DNA from: an uncultured delta proteobacterium
GTDB lineage: Bacteria > Myxococcota_A > Polyangia > Polyangiales > Polyangiaceae
Length of the DNA: 64,000 bases
Reading direction: 5' to 3'
NCBI GenBank assembly: GCA_963806225.1
Contig: CAWDXG010000004.1
Coordinates: 5,600,001-5,664,000 of the forward strand
Below are positions 52,555 through 61,226 of this stretch, piece by piece. How positions within the stretch are numbered: position 1 is the first letter of the stretch; each line of letters opens with the position of its first letter. Below the pieces are notes generated by a model, which did not search any database, was not told the origin of the DNA, and saw nothing but the letters and a program-made list of their open reading frames with translations. The translations under genes and the position numbers were made by a program.

Positions 52555-53391
52555 ATGGGAATCTTCGCGCGCCTGGCACGGCTCATCAAATCCAACATCA
52601 ACGATCTCATCAGCCGCTCCGAGGATCCGGAGAAGATGCTGAACCAGATCGTGATCGACATGAGTGCTCAGCTCATCGAAGCGAAGAAGCAGGTCGCCTC
52701 TTCGATCGCCGACGAGAAGCGCCTGGCCAAGCAGGCCGAACAGGAAGCGGCGACCGCGGCCGAATGGGAGCGGCGCGCGATGATGGCCGTGCGCGCGAGC
52801 GACGACAACCTCGCCAAGGAGGCGCTGGCCCGCAAGAAGGAACACGCTCAGCTAGCGCAGCAGTTCCAGGAGCAGTGGCAGAAGCAGAAGGCATCGGTCG
52901 ACCAGCTCAAGCTCGCACTGCGCGCGCTCAACTCGAAGATCGAGGAGGCGAAACGGAAGAAGAACCTGCTCATCGCGCGCAAGAAGCGTGCGGAGGCCCA
53001 GAAGGCCATCCAGGAGACGATGAGCGGTCTGAAGAACGCGAGCGCGTTCGAGGCATTCGACCAGATGGCGGGCCGCATCGAGCAGATGGAGGCCGAGGCG
53101 GAGGCGGGCGCGGAGCTGGCGGAGGAGTACTCGGGCGACGTGCTGGCGAACAAGTTCGAGCAGCTCGAGGTCACGACTGGCGCGGAAGAGGACCTCACCG
53201 CGCTCAAGCGCAAGATGGGCGTGCTACCGCAGGAACCCGAGCCCGCTGCGGCCGAGGAAAAGCCCGTACGGGTCGAGGAAAAGGCCGCGGAAGAGTTCGA
53301 ACAGCTCGACCAGGCCGAGCAGGACGAGCTGGCCCAGGCTCTGGCCGAGCTCGAGGCGCAGGAACAGCAGGAACTCCGGGTCAAGCGCTAG
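52555..53391 (+). CDS. pspA: PspA/IM30 family protein
   Basis: MGIFARLARLIKSNINDLISRSEDPEKMLNQ; long coiled coil. Confidence 0.92.
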   Translation: MGIFARLARLIKSNINDLISRSEDPEKMLNQIVIDMSAQLIEAKKQVASSIADEKRLAKQAEQEAATAAEWERRAMMAVRASDDNLAKEALARKKEHAQLAQQFQEQWQKQKASVDQLKLALRALNSKIEEAKRKKNLLIARKKRAEAQKAIQETMSGLKNASAFEAFDQMAGRIEQMEAEAEAGAELAEEYSGDVLANKFEQLEVTTGAEEDLTALKRKMGVLPQEPEPAAAEEKPVRVEEKAAEEFEQLDQAEQDELAQALAELEAQEQQELRVKR

Positions 53392-53397
53392 CTCAAG

Positions 53398-55323
53398 ATG
53401 AAGCGTCTCGACATCTGGTCAGGTCTTGTCGTAATCGGCGGGCTCATGGCCGCTCCCGCTGTCGCGTCCGCAGCGGGGCGCACCCTCCAGCCGCAGGCCA
53501 TGAGTGGCGTGCACATCGACGGCCTGTTGCGCGAATGGGGTGGGCGTATGACGCCGCTCGACACGAGGCTACGCGGCGGGGGCGGCGCCCCGCGCGTCTC
53601 GACGGAAGTCGGTTTCGACGACCAGAACCTCTATGTCGCGCTCCGCATCCACGACAATCGCATCGTGCGTACCCGTGCGGCGAGCGGCGGCGAGGACCAC
53701 GCCACCCTGTTCCTCGCGTTACCGCGCGGCCGTGGCTACGCGACGCATCAGGTGCAGATCTTCCCGGGCAACCCCGGAAAGGTAGCGGGCGTCGTCAAGA
53801 TGGGCGGGCGCAAGGTGCCCGGAGCGCTGGCCGTCGAGGCACCGATCAAGGGCGGCCTCGACGTTGAGGCGAAGATCCCGTGGTCCACTTTCCGCGAGGC
53901 GCGGCGGGTGCGCGTGGGGATGCGCGCGGCTATCGAGTACAGCGACGCCGATTCGCCGGGCGCCATCAAGGCCATCGTCGGCACAAGCGGCGGCCGCTCG
54001 GGGCGGAGCCTGCCGCCGATGCGACTGGAAGGGGAGCAGGGGCTGTACGACAACCTGGTTCACGCGCGGTCGCTGCCGAGCGAGCCTGCGCGCGCGGCCT
54101 ACGGCAACGTCGCCGGCGACGGCATGCTCGAGCGCGTCGCCATCTATGGCAGCTTCCTCACGATCGTCGGGCCGCACTACCGGGGCGGCAAGCAGTTCTA
54201 CTTCGGCGATCTCGGCGTTGCGGGCCCGAGCGGTGTCAAGCGCTTCGAGCTCGAGGACCTCGACGGCGACGGTCGCGACGAGATCGTGATCCAGAAGAAC
54301 GTGGGCACCAGCGACAAGTATCGCGGCGTGTTCGAGGTCTTCAAGGTGGGTCGGGACGACAGCCCGTTCCAGGCGTTCGCGCACGAGGTGGCGATCGTGA
54401 CGCCCGAGGGCCGCATCGAGAACAGCGTGCGGCTCGAGAAGAAGGGCAGGGGCTACGCCATCCAGATCTCGCAGGACAAGGCGGAAGGGTTCGACCCCGG
54501 CACCTACAAGGAGCCGACCAGCGACGACATGCCGTCGGCGCTTCTGCCGTGGCAGACGGTCGGTAGCCAGACCTACACATGGAACGGTAGCAAGTTCGTC
54601 AAGTCCGGCGAGACGACCCACACGCCGCACGCCTCGAGCTCGCGCTCGCACAAGAAGGCGGCGGGGCCGCCGCCGCCGCCCGCACCGCGCCCGCCCACGT
54701 CGGACGAGCTGCTCGACCGCGTGTACGCCCTGTATCGCAAGGAGCGACACATGGGGCGCGCGAAGCCGCGCTTCGACTTCGTGACGGACGTGATCGGCGA
54801 CCGGCGTACCGAGCGCGTGCTGGTGCACAAGAAGGACATCGTCGTCTTCGGAAAGGGATTCCGCGGCGGCACCAGCTACGCCTACATCACGATAGGCGTG
54901 GCCGATCCGAAGGACATCCTCGACGTGACGGCGCGCGATCTCACCGGCGACGGCAAGGCCGAGATCGTCGTGCGGGGCGTCCTGCACGCCAAGGCGAGCA
55001 AAGAGCTCGGCGGCGACGTGGTCGAGCGCGACGCTCTGTTCGTCTACAAGGTCACCGACGGCGGCATCCACCGCATCTTCGCGGCCGAGACGGGGCGGGC
55101 CCTCGGCGACGATCGCATCATCGGCACCGTGGCGTTCAGGCCGGCCCAGCAGGGGCTGTCGATCGTGCTCGGTCCGGGGCGCGCGGTCGGGTGGACCGAG
55201 AAGGACTATCCGTTCCCGGTGGATACCACGGCCGCGGGCGGCCTCGAGCCTCTGGCTCTACCCTGGAGCGGCAGCTCCCCGCGCAGCTACCAGTACGACG
55301 GCTCCGCGTACGCGGCGCGGTAG
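53398..55323 (+). CDS. Exported protein with a CBM9/DOMON-like N-terminus and FG-GAP-like Ca-binding motifs
   Basis: Signal peptide; IDGLLREW..FDDQNLYVALRIHD; DLDGDGRDEIV and DLTGDGKAEIV. Confidence 0.6.
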   Translation: MKRLDIWSGLVVIGGLMAAPAVASAAGRTLQPQAMSGVHIDGLLREWGGRMTPLDTRLRGGGGAPRVSTEVGFDDQNLYVALRIHDNRIVRTRAASGGEDHATLFLALPRGRGYATHQVQIFPGNPGKVAGVVKMGGRKVPGALAVEAPIKGGLDVEAKIPWSTFREARRVRVGMRAAIEYSDADSPGAIKAIVGTSGGRSGRSLPPMRLEGEQGLYDNLVHARSLPSEPARAAYGNVAGDGMLERVAIYGSFLTIVGPHYRGGKQFYFGDLGVAGPSGVKRFELEDLDGDGRDEIVIQKNVGTSDKYRGVFEVFKVGRDDSPFQAFAHEVAIVTPEGRIENSVRLEKKGRGYAIQISQDKAEGFDPGTYKEPTSDDMPSALLPWQTVGSQTYTWNGSKFVKSGETTHTPHASSSRSHKKAAGPPPPPAPRPPTSDELLDRVYALYRKERHMGRAKPRFDFVTDVIGDRRTERVLVHKKDIVVFGKGFRGGTSYAYITIGVADPKDILDVTARDLTGDGKAEIVVRGVLHAKASKELGGDVVERDALFVYKVTDGGIHRIFAAETGRALGDDRIIGTVAFRPAQQGLSIVLGPGRAVGWTEKDYPFPVDTTAAGGLEPLALPWSGSSPRSYQYDGSAYAAR

Positions 55324-55347
55324 CCCCCCCGCCTCCGCTCGGGCAAT

Positions 55348-56820
55348 CTAGCGCAGCACGGTCAGCGCGACGACGGCCCAGCCGCCCGGGTCGAGGGTGA
55401 TGCGCTGCGTCTGCCGCATGCCGCGTGCGCGCAGAAAAACGCTGTGGGTGCCCGGCGGAAGCCGCACGCGGCCGAATGCGATGCGCGCCGGCAGCGTGGC
55501 CCAGCTGCGGGTGTCCGGCGTGTCGGCGGCGGTGAGCGCGACCTGTGTGCCCAGGCTGAGCAGCAGCCCTTCCCAGCCCTTGACGGCGCGGCGCGTGGCT
55601 TCGCCGGCGACGATTCGCGCGATTGCCCGCGTGATGGCGGAGGCGATGACCGCGCCGCGCATCTTCTTCCATGCGCGCTCCACCTCGCTGTCCACGGCGC
55701 AGATCCCTTCGAGCTGACGCCAGCTGCCGTCGAGCGCGAACTCCGGCAGCCCGTACTCGCCATGCGGACGGCCGAGCGCGGGGTAGTTGACCCAGGTAAC
55801 CAGCCCCTGCAGAGCCAGGCGGTTGGCGCGGGCCTCGTTGTACGGGCTGATCGCGCCGCTCGCGTACGTGAGTGCCAGCCCGATGGGTATCCGCTTCGCG
55901 TACTTGGCGGGAACGCGGCCGTAGTTGACGATGACCAGCAGCTCTGCGCTGTTGTCGGGCGGCGCCGGCTCTGGTTTCTTCGTGGCGTTCTTCTGCTGCG
56001 GCTCGTCACCGTCGGCGGTGTCCGGCGGCGGGTCGTCCTTGTCCGTCCTAGGCGCGGGGTCCGCCGGCGGAGGAGCTGGCGGCTTCGCCCCCGGGATCTC
56101 CCCCAGGATGCGGCGGATGCGCGGGCTCCGGTAGCTCGACTGCTTCGCAAGCCGGCGGATCGGGTCGTAGAGCGACTTGTAGTCGCCGTATTGCAGCGCT
56201 TCGTCGTAGTAGCGGAGCGCCTCGCTCGCGTTGCCGCTCTTCTCGAAGGTGAAGCCCGCGAGGTAGCTGCCCGGGCCGTTCAGCGCTTCGGACGGATCCT
56301 TCTTCGAATCCATGTACTGCTGCATCACCGCGAGGCGGCGCGCCTCCACGCGCGAGCCCTCGAGATCCCCCCGCGCGAGGTAGTTCACCATGTTCATGGT
56401 GTTGATCATCAGCTTCTCGTAGGCCGGCGCCTTGTACGGCCCCGTCTCGTCCGAGAAGACGTACTTGCCGAGGTCGTCGAGCGCGTTCCTCGAGAAATCC
56501 AGAAGCTGGATCTGCTTGTCGGAGAGCTGCAGATCGCGGCTCGCCAGCTTGTAGTCGCCCAGCTCCTGCAGCACCATCGATCGGTCGAGGATGAACAGCA
56601 CGTTGTCGCCGCCCACCTTTTCGGGCAGCTCCTTCGCGCTCTTCACGTCCATGGCATCGTTCAGGAGCGATAGCGCGCGGCGCGGCTGGTTCGCGTCCAG
56701 CGCGGTGCGCGCCTCGAGCGTCTTCGACGCGTGTCCCGCGCAGGCCGTCGACGAGAGCGCGGCAATAACGACCAGCAAGGCCAGGCTGGCTGGGTTCACC
56801 CGGAAAGTTGCGGATCCCAT
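55348..56820 (-). CDS. COG3014-like TPR lipoprotein
   Basis: STAC lipobox; YKAPAYEKLMIN, RVEARR, DTRSWATLP; adjacent to an LpoB-like gene. Confidence 0.7.
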   Translation of the reverse strand: MGSATFRVNPASLALLVVIAALSSTACAGHASKTLEARTALDANQPRRALSLLNDAMDVKSAKELPEKVGGDNVLFILDRSMVLQELGDYKLASRDLQLSDKQIQLLDFSRNALDDLGKYVFSDETGPYKAPAYEKLMINTMNMVNYLARGDLEGSRVEARRLAVMQQYMDSKKDPSEALNGPGSYLAGFTFEKSGNASEALRYYDEALQYGDYKSLYDPIRRLAKQSSYRSPRIRRILGEIPGAKPPAPPPADPAPRTDKDDPPPDTADGDEPQQKNATKKPEPAPPDNSAELLVIVNYGRVPAKYAKRIPIGLALTYASGAISPYNEARANRLALQGLVTWVNYPALGRPHGEYGLPEFALDGSWRQLEGICAVDSEVERAWKKMRGAVIASAITRAIARIVAGEATRRAVKGWEGLLLSLGTQVALTAADTPDTRSWATLPARIAFGRVRLPPGTHSVFLRARGMRQTQRITLDPGGWAVVALTVLR

Positions 56821-56841
56821 GGCGAGGCCCGCGCCGCATCG

Positions 56842-57450
56842 CTACTTGACGATGGCCTTGGTCAGCGAGGTCTTGTTCTGGAACAGGATGTCGCTCGTCT
56901 CGGCATCCAGCACCTGCATGAACATGAAGTACTGCACCCGGCGCTCCTCGTCCTGGCGCTCGTCCGAGCTGTACACCTTGCCGGTCACGAAGTAGCGCGC
57001 GCCGACCTGTTTGCCCCAGCGCGCCACCTTGGACGGGTCGAAGGCGTCGCCGTACTGCGAGCGGACTTCCTGGATCAGCTGCGGCTGCCGCTCCACGCTC
57101 ACCACGCGCACGTGCCCGGCGTTGACGAGCACGGTCTCGATGTCGCTGATCAGCGCGTCGAGCTGGCTCTCGATGTGCTCGCTCGTGTCGTTGCGGAATG
57201 GAAGCACCGCGACAGTCGGGCGGTTCTCGCCCTCCCAGCGCCGGATCACGGCCGAGCGCTGCAGCGCCTGCATGTTCTCGTGCAGGAGCTTCGAGAGGTC
57301 GCGCTGGTCGAGCCCGGTGCTCATAGCCTCGTCGTTGAGCCCGGGCACTTCCTCGCCGCGCACGGCGTGGGGCCCGGCGCAGGCGATCAGTGGGAGCGAC
57401 AGGGCAGCCAGCGGGAGCAGCACCCGCACCAGGCTCTTGTGCGCCGACAT
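56842..57450 (-). CDS. LpoB-like penicillin-binding protein activator lipoprotein
   Basis: LIAC lipobox; PFRNDTSEHI, GKQVGARYFVTG. Confidence 0.7.
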   Translation of the reverse strand: MSAHKSLVRVLLPLAALSLPLIACAGPHAVRGEEVPGLNDEAMSTGLDQRDLSKLLHENMQALQRSAVIRRWEGENRPTVAVLPFRNDTSEHIESQLDALISDIETVLVNAGHVRVVSVERQPQLIQEVRSQYGDAFDPSKVARWGKQVGARYFVTGKVYSSDERQDEERRVQYFMFMQVLDAETSDILFQNKTSLTKAIVK

Positions 57451-57637
57451 CTTCAGTCCTTTCGCGTGGATCCCGGGGGGGGCGGCGAAAGCCCCACCTC
57501 TGGCTTTCTTTAAGGTCTCGATGCCGGACGCGCCAGTGCTGGCCACGGCACATCCGGCTTGCCCTCAGTTGGACGAAGGCTGCCCCCGGATCATCCAGGG
57601 CGGCCACGAGGCCGCCCCGGGGGGACGTGGGCCGGGC

Positions 57638-58294
57638 CTAGCGCCGGACCGGAATGATCTGCACGCGGCGGTCGTCGCCCTCGCCGTCGCTCTTCGTGAT
57701 GACTCCGTCGAATTTGGCCAGCGCCAGGTGCACCACGCGCCGGTCGCGCGGATTCATCGGCTCGAAGGTGATGATCTTGCCCTCGTCCACGGCCTGTTTG
57801 CCGAGGCGCTGGGCCATGGTGGCCAGCGAGTTGTCGCGCCGGCTGCGGTAGCCTTCCGCGTCGACCAGGACGTGGCGCCGCTCCAGCCCGGGGCGGTTGA
57901 CCACGCGGTGGGTCAGAAACTGCAGTGCGGCCAGGACCTGGCCTTTCTTGCCGATAATCCGCCCCGCGTCACGACCCAGGATCTCGATGTTGACCTCGGC
58001 CTCGTCGCCTTCCTTCGGACGCCTGAGCCGCACCCGGCAGTCCATTTCCATCTCGTCGATCACGTCGGTGACGAAGTCGAGCGCCATCTGCGCGCGATCG
58101 TCCCCTTCGCCATCCCAGTCCGGTTCCGGCTCGCGGCGCTTGCCGCCGCGGTGCTTCGACCGTCCGTTGTCGTGTCCGGGGGCGCCGTTGTCCGCCGCTT
58201 CCGCCTCGGTCGCGTCGTCGTCCCCGTCGTCGTCTTCTTCTTCCCAGGTATCTTCGTCGATCTGCGGATCGTCCTCTGCGTCGTTCATGTTCAC
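57638..58294 (-). CDS. jag: Jag/KhpB RNA-binding protein (KH + R3H)
   Basis: IIGKKGQVLAALQ KH loop; PMNPRDRRVVH R3H; downstream of yidC. Confidence 0.92.
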   Translation of the reverse strand: MNMNDAEDDPQIDEDTWEEEDDDGDDDATEAEAADNGAPGHDNGRSKHRGGKRREPEPDWDGEGDDRAQMALDFVTDVIDEMEMDCRVRLRRPKEGDEAEVNIEILGRDAGRIIGKKGQVLAALQFLTHRVVNRPGLERRHVLVDAEGYRSRRDNSLATMAQRLGKQAVDEGKIITFEPMNPRDRRVVHLALAKFDGVITKSDGEGDDRRVQIIPVRR

Positions 58295-60144
58295 GCCTTT
58301 CCTTTGCCGAGGAGCGTGCGGCTTTCGGAGAGCTTCGCGTCCGGATCGCTATCGCCGGCCTGGCCCTTCTTCTTGCCCTTGCCGGCTTTGCCGGACGTCT
58401 CCTCCTTGACCTTTACCTCGATGTCGCCCGAGCCCCCTTCGGCGGCCGCGGCCGCCGCGGACTGTCGTCGCACGTGCCGCTCGACGATCTGCTGCTGGAC
58501 GATGCCCAGCAGGCTGTTGGTGAACATGTAGACGCCCAGACCCGAGGGCAGGAACAACATGAACACCGCGAACATCGCCGGCATGAAGTACTTCATCATC
58601 TTCGCCTGCGTCGCATCGCCCTGCATGGGCATGATGGATTGCTGGACGAAGGACACGGCGCCGATCACGAACGGCAGCACGTAGTACGGATCAGGCGCCG
58701 ACAGATCCGGGAACCACAAAAACGGGATGTGGTACAGCTCGACGGCCGTTTCCAGCGTCGTGTACAGCGCGAACCACACCGGCATCGACGCGAGCTGCGG
58801 CAGACAACCCTTGATCGGGTTGACGTTGTGTTTCCGCCACAGCTCCATCTGCGCCAGGCCCTTGGCCTGCGCGTCGTCCTTGTATTTCGCGTTGAGCGCG
58901 TCGAGCTCCGGCTTGAGCTCGCGCATCTTCACCATGCTCTTGATCGATGGCCAGCTCAGCGGGAAGAGCAGCGTGCGCGCCGTGATCGTCAGGACGATGA
59001 TCGCCACGCCCCAGTTCGGCAGCACGCCGTGCACCACCAACAGGAACGCCACCATGATCTTGGCGATGGCCGAGAAGAAGCCCAGGTTGATAAGCTCGCT
59101 GAGCTCGTGGTTGCCGCCGCCTGCGGCGGCCAGCACGTCGCGCTCCTTCGGGCCGATGTAGCTGAGTACGTCGTATGTGGCGGTCTGTCCCGGCGCGAGC
59201 TCCTTGGGCGCGTACGCGAGCCGGGCGCGGTACATGGCTCCGCCGTCGGGGTCGTCGGACACCGACTTGTAGCGTGCGGAGTTCCAGCGCTCCTCGATCT
59301 GCAGCTGGCACACGGGCGTGTGCTTGTCGTACGGGACGATCGCGGTCGAGAAATAGGCGTTGGAAACGGCCGCGAAGTCAACGTCGCCGTCCTTCTTCTC
59401 GTACCAGTCGCCCTGGTTGAGCCGGTTCGGGTGGAACTCCTTGTCCTTCTCGAAGTCCTTCGGCTCGAAGTCCTTCTCGCCGAGACGCTTCGCGTCCCCA
59501 TTCGTGTAGATGCACTCGACGCGCGTGACGAAGGGGCTCACGCGGAACATGTGCCCCTTGACTTCCTTCTCCTTGTGCCACGCGACCGTGTGGACTGTCA
59601 GCGCGTGGCGGAGCTTCTTGTCGGCGAGATTCTTGATGGTCGCCTTGACCATCAGCTCGTACGGGCGCCCGGTGACGCTGATCGTCTTCGTCAGCTCGAC
59701 CTTGGCGTCGCGGTACTTGAAGGTGCAGGACTTGCCGTCCGAGCGCGTCAGCTTGTAGACGACCAGGTCGTAGTCGGTCTGCCAGTTCTTGGCCTTGGGT
59801 CCGGCGACGGCTTCATTCTTCCAATGGAACCTGAGTTGGCGGCGGAACGGCTGACCCGGCGTCGTCGACAAATCGATGGGCTTGCCGTCGGTGTGGTACT
59901 TCGCCGTCGTCAGATAGAAGTGCTTCAGGTCCGCGCCGTCGCTGGACAGCTGCGCGTGGAAGCGCGGCCCGAAAAGATCGCAGGTCTTCGGCTTGGCCTG
60001 CTTCGCAGGCACGACGGCGCTCTCGAACTTGAGCGGCTGCGTCTCGCCGCCCTTGTCCTTGCCGAACATCTTGGGCAGCTGGGTGACTGCCAGGAACACG
60101 ACAAGCCCGATCAGAAGCCAGCGTGTGAGACCGCCCTTTTCCAT
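58291..60144 (-). CDS. yidC: Membrane protein insertase YidC
   Basis: NWGVAIIVLT, KGCLP, DLSAPDPYYVLP, PSGLGVY. Confidence 0.95.
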   Translation of the reverse strand: MEKGGLTRWLLIGLVVFLAVTQLPKMFGKDKGGETQPLKFESAVVPAKQAKPKTCDLFGPRFHAQLSSDGADLKHFYLTTAKYHTDGKPIDLSTTPGQPFRRQLRFHWKNEAVAGPKAKNWQTDYDLVVYKLTRSDGKSCTFKYRDAKVELTKTISVTGRPYELMVKATIKNLADKKLRHALTVHTVAWHKEKEVKGHMFRVSPFVTRVECIYTNGDAKRLGEKDFEPKDFEKDKEFHPNRLNQGDWYEKKDGDVDFAAVSNAYFSTAIVPYDKHTPVCQLQIEERWNSARYKSVSDDPDGGAMYRARLAYAPKELAPGQTATYDVLSYIGPKERDVLAAAGGGNHELSELINLGFFSAIAKIMVAFLLVVHGVLPNWGVAIIVLTITARTLLFPLSWPSIKSMVKMRELKPELDALNAKYKDDAQAKGLAQMELWRKHNVNPIKGCLPQLASMPVWFALYTTLETAVELYHIPFLWFPDLSAPDPYYVLPFVIGAVSFVQQSIMPMQGDATQAKMMKYFMPAMFAVFMLFLPSGLGVYMFTNSLLGIVQQQIVERHVRRQSAAAAAAEGGSGDIEVKVKEETSGKAGKGKKKGQAGDSDPDAKLSESRTLLGKGKA

Positions 60145-60177
60145 GTCGTCCTTGAGATGAGATCTTTTCGGGGTGGG

Positions 60178-60531
60178 TCAGCCGGGCGCGCCCGGCGTGC
60201 GGGCCGCTTCGTCCAGCGGCGCATCGCACCCACAGCGGTCGCCTCGGGTCCGGGGCCCGTCGGTGTCCGCTTCTAGCAGCACCGGCGGTTTTTCGGCGAG
60301 ATCTTCCCGACCGCGTGGCGGAGGAGCGGGGTCCCAGCCACCCGGATGCCACGGGTGGCATTTCGAGAGGCGCACTGCGGCCAGCCAGCTACCACGGAAC
60401 GCGCCGTGATATTCCAGGCATTTGACCGCGTACCGCGAGCAGGACGGCTCGAAGCGGCAGACCTGCCCCAGCATCTTCGACAGCGTGAGCTGGTAGATGC
60501 GGATGAGCAGGATGAGGGCCTTGGCGAGCAT
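60178..60531 (-). CDS. yidD: Membrane protein insertion efficiency factor YidD
   Basis: CRFEPSCSRYA, KCHPWHPGGWDP. Confidence 0.93.
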   Translation of the reverse strand: MLAKALILLIRIYQLTLSKMLGQVCRFEPSCSRYAVKCLEYHGAFRGSWLAAVRLSKCHPWHPGGWDPAPPPRGREDLAEKPPVLLEADTDGPRTRGDRCGCDAPLDEAARTPGAPG

Positions 60532-60554
60532 GGGACCGGCCGAGTGTGCGTCGT

Positions 60555-60947
60555 CTAGGCTCGATCCGCCAGCTTCGATTCGCGCAATGTCCGGTCATTG
60601 TGCGCCAGATTCGAGCGTTGCGCGATGGCGTCGGCGGCAGTCCGCCATTCGGCGACCACGTCGTCGGCCTTCATTCCGTCGAGCGCCCGCCGGACGATGA
60701 CCACCAGGTCCAGATCGGTGGCCCATAGGTCACGGGTGGCGCGAAAAGCCACGCGAATCAGTCGCTTGCAGCGATTGCGCACGACGGCATTGCCCACCTT
60801 GCGCGAGGCCGTGATGCCCAGGCGCGTCTCGCCGAAATCATCCCGCGGCGCGCGCGCGTAGAGCAACACCACGAAATGCGGCAGCTTGATGCGCCGCGCC
60901 CGCGACTGGATCTCCTGGAACTCCGCGCGCTTGCGGACGGTGAGCAA
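60555..60947 (-). CDS. rnpA: Ribonuclease P protein component
   Basis: RKRAEFQ, RLGITASRKVGNAVVRNRCKR; TTG start just after rpmH. Confidence 0.92.
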   Translation of the reverse strand: MLTVRKRAEFQEIQSRARRIKLPHFVVLLYARAPRDDFGETRLGITASRKVGNAVVRNRCKRLIRVAFRATRDLWATDLDLVVIVRRALDGMKADDVVAEWRTAADAIAQRSNLAHNDRTLRESKLADRA

Positions 60948-60949
60948 GC

Positions 60950-61102
60950 CTACTTCTTGTAGGCGCTGACCGTGAGGCGCCAGCGGCCCTTGCGGCGCCG
61001 GTTCTTCAGGATGTTCCGGCCACCCTTGGTGCTGATGCGCTTGCGGAAGCCGTGGGTGCGGAGCCGGCTTAGATTGTGCGGCTGGTAGGTGCGCTTGGAC
61101 AT
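60950..61102 (-). CDS. rpmH: 50S ribosomal protein L34 (not in the ORF track)
   Basis: Manual translation: [50 protein letters not shown]. Confidence 0.95.
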   Translation of the reverse strand: MSKRTYQPHNLSRLRTHGFRKRISTKGGRNILKNRRRKGRWRLTVSAYKK

Positions 61103-61226
61103 GGCAGAAACTCCCGGCTGCTCGGCGTGCGGCCGGCAAGGGGCCGGGAGTCAGCCATGCCGCGGCCTGGACGTCAAGCGCTGCGACGTGGCGGGCTTTC
61201 CCGGCCCGCGGGCCGCTGCCTCGCAC

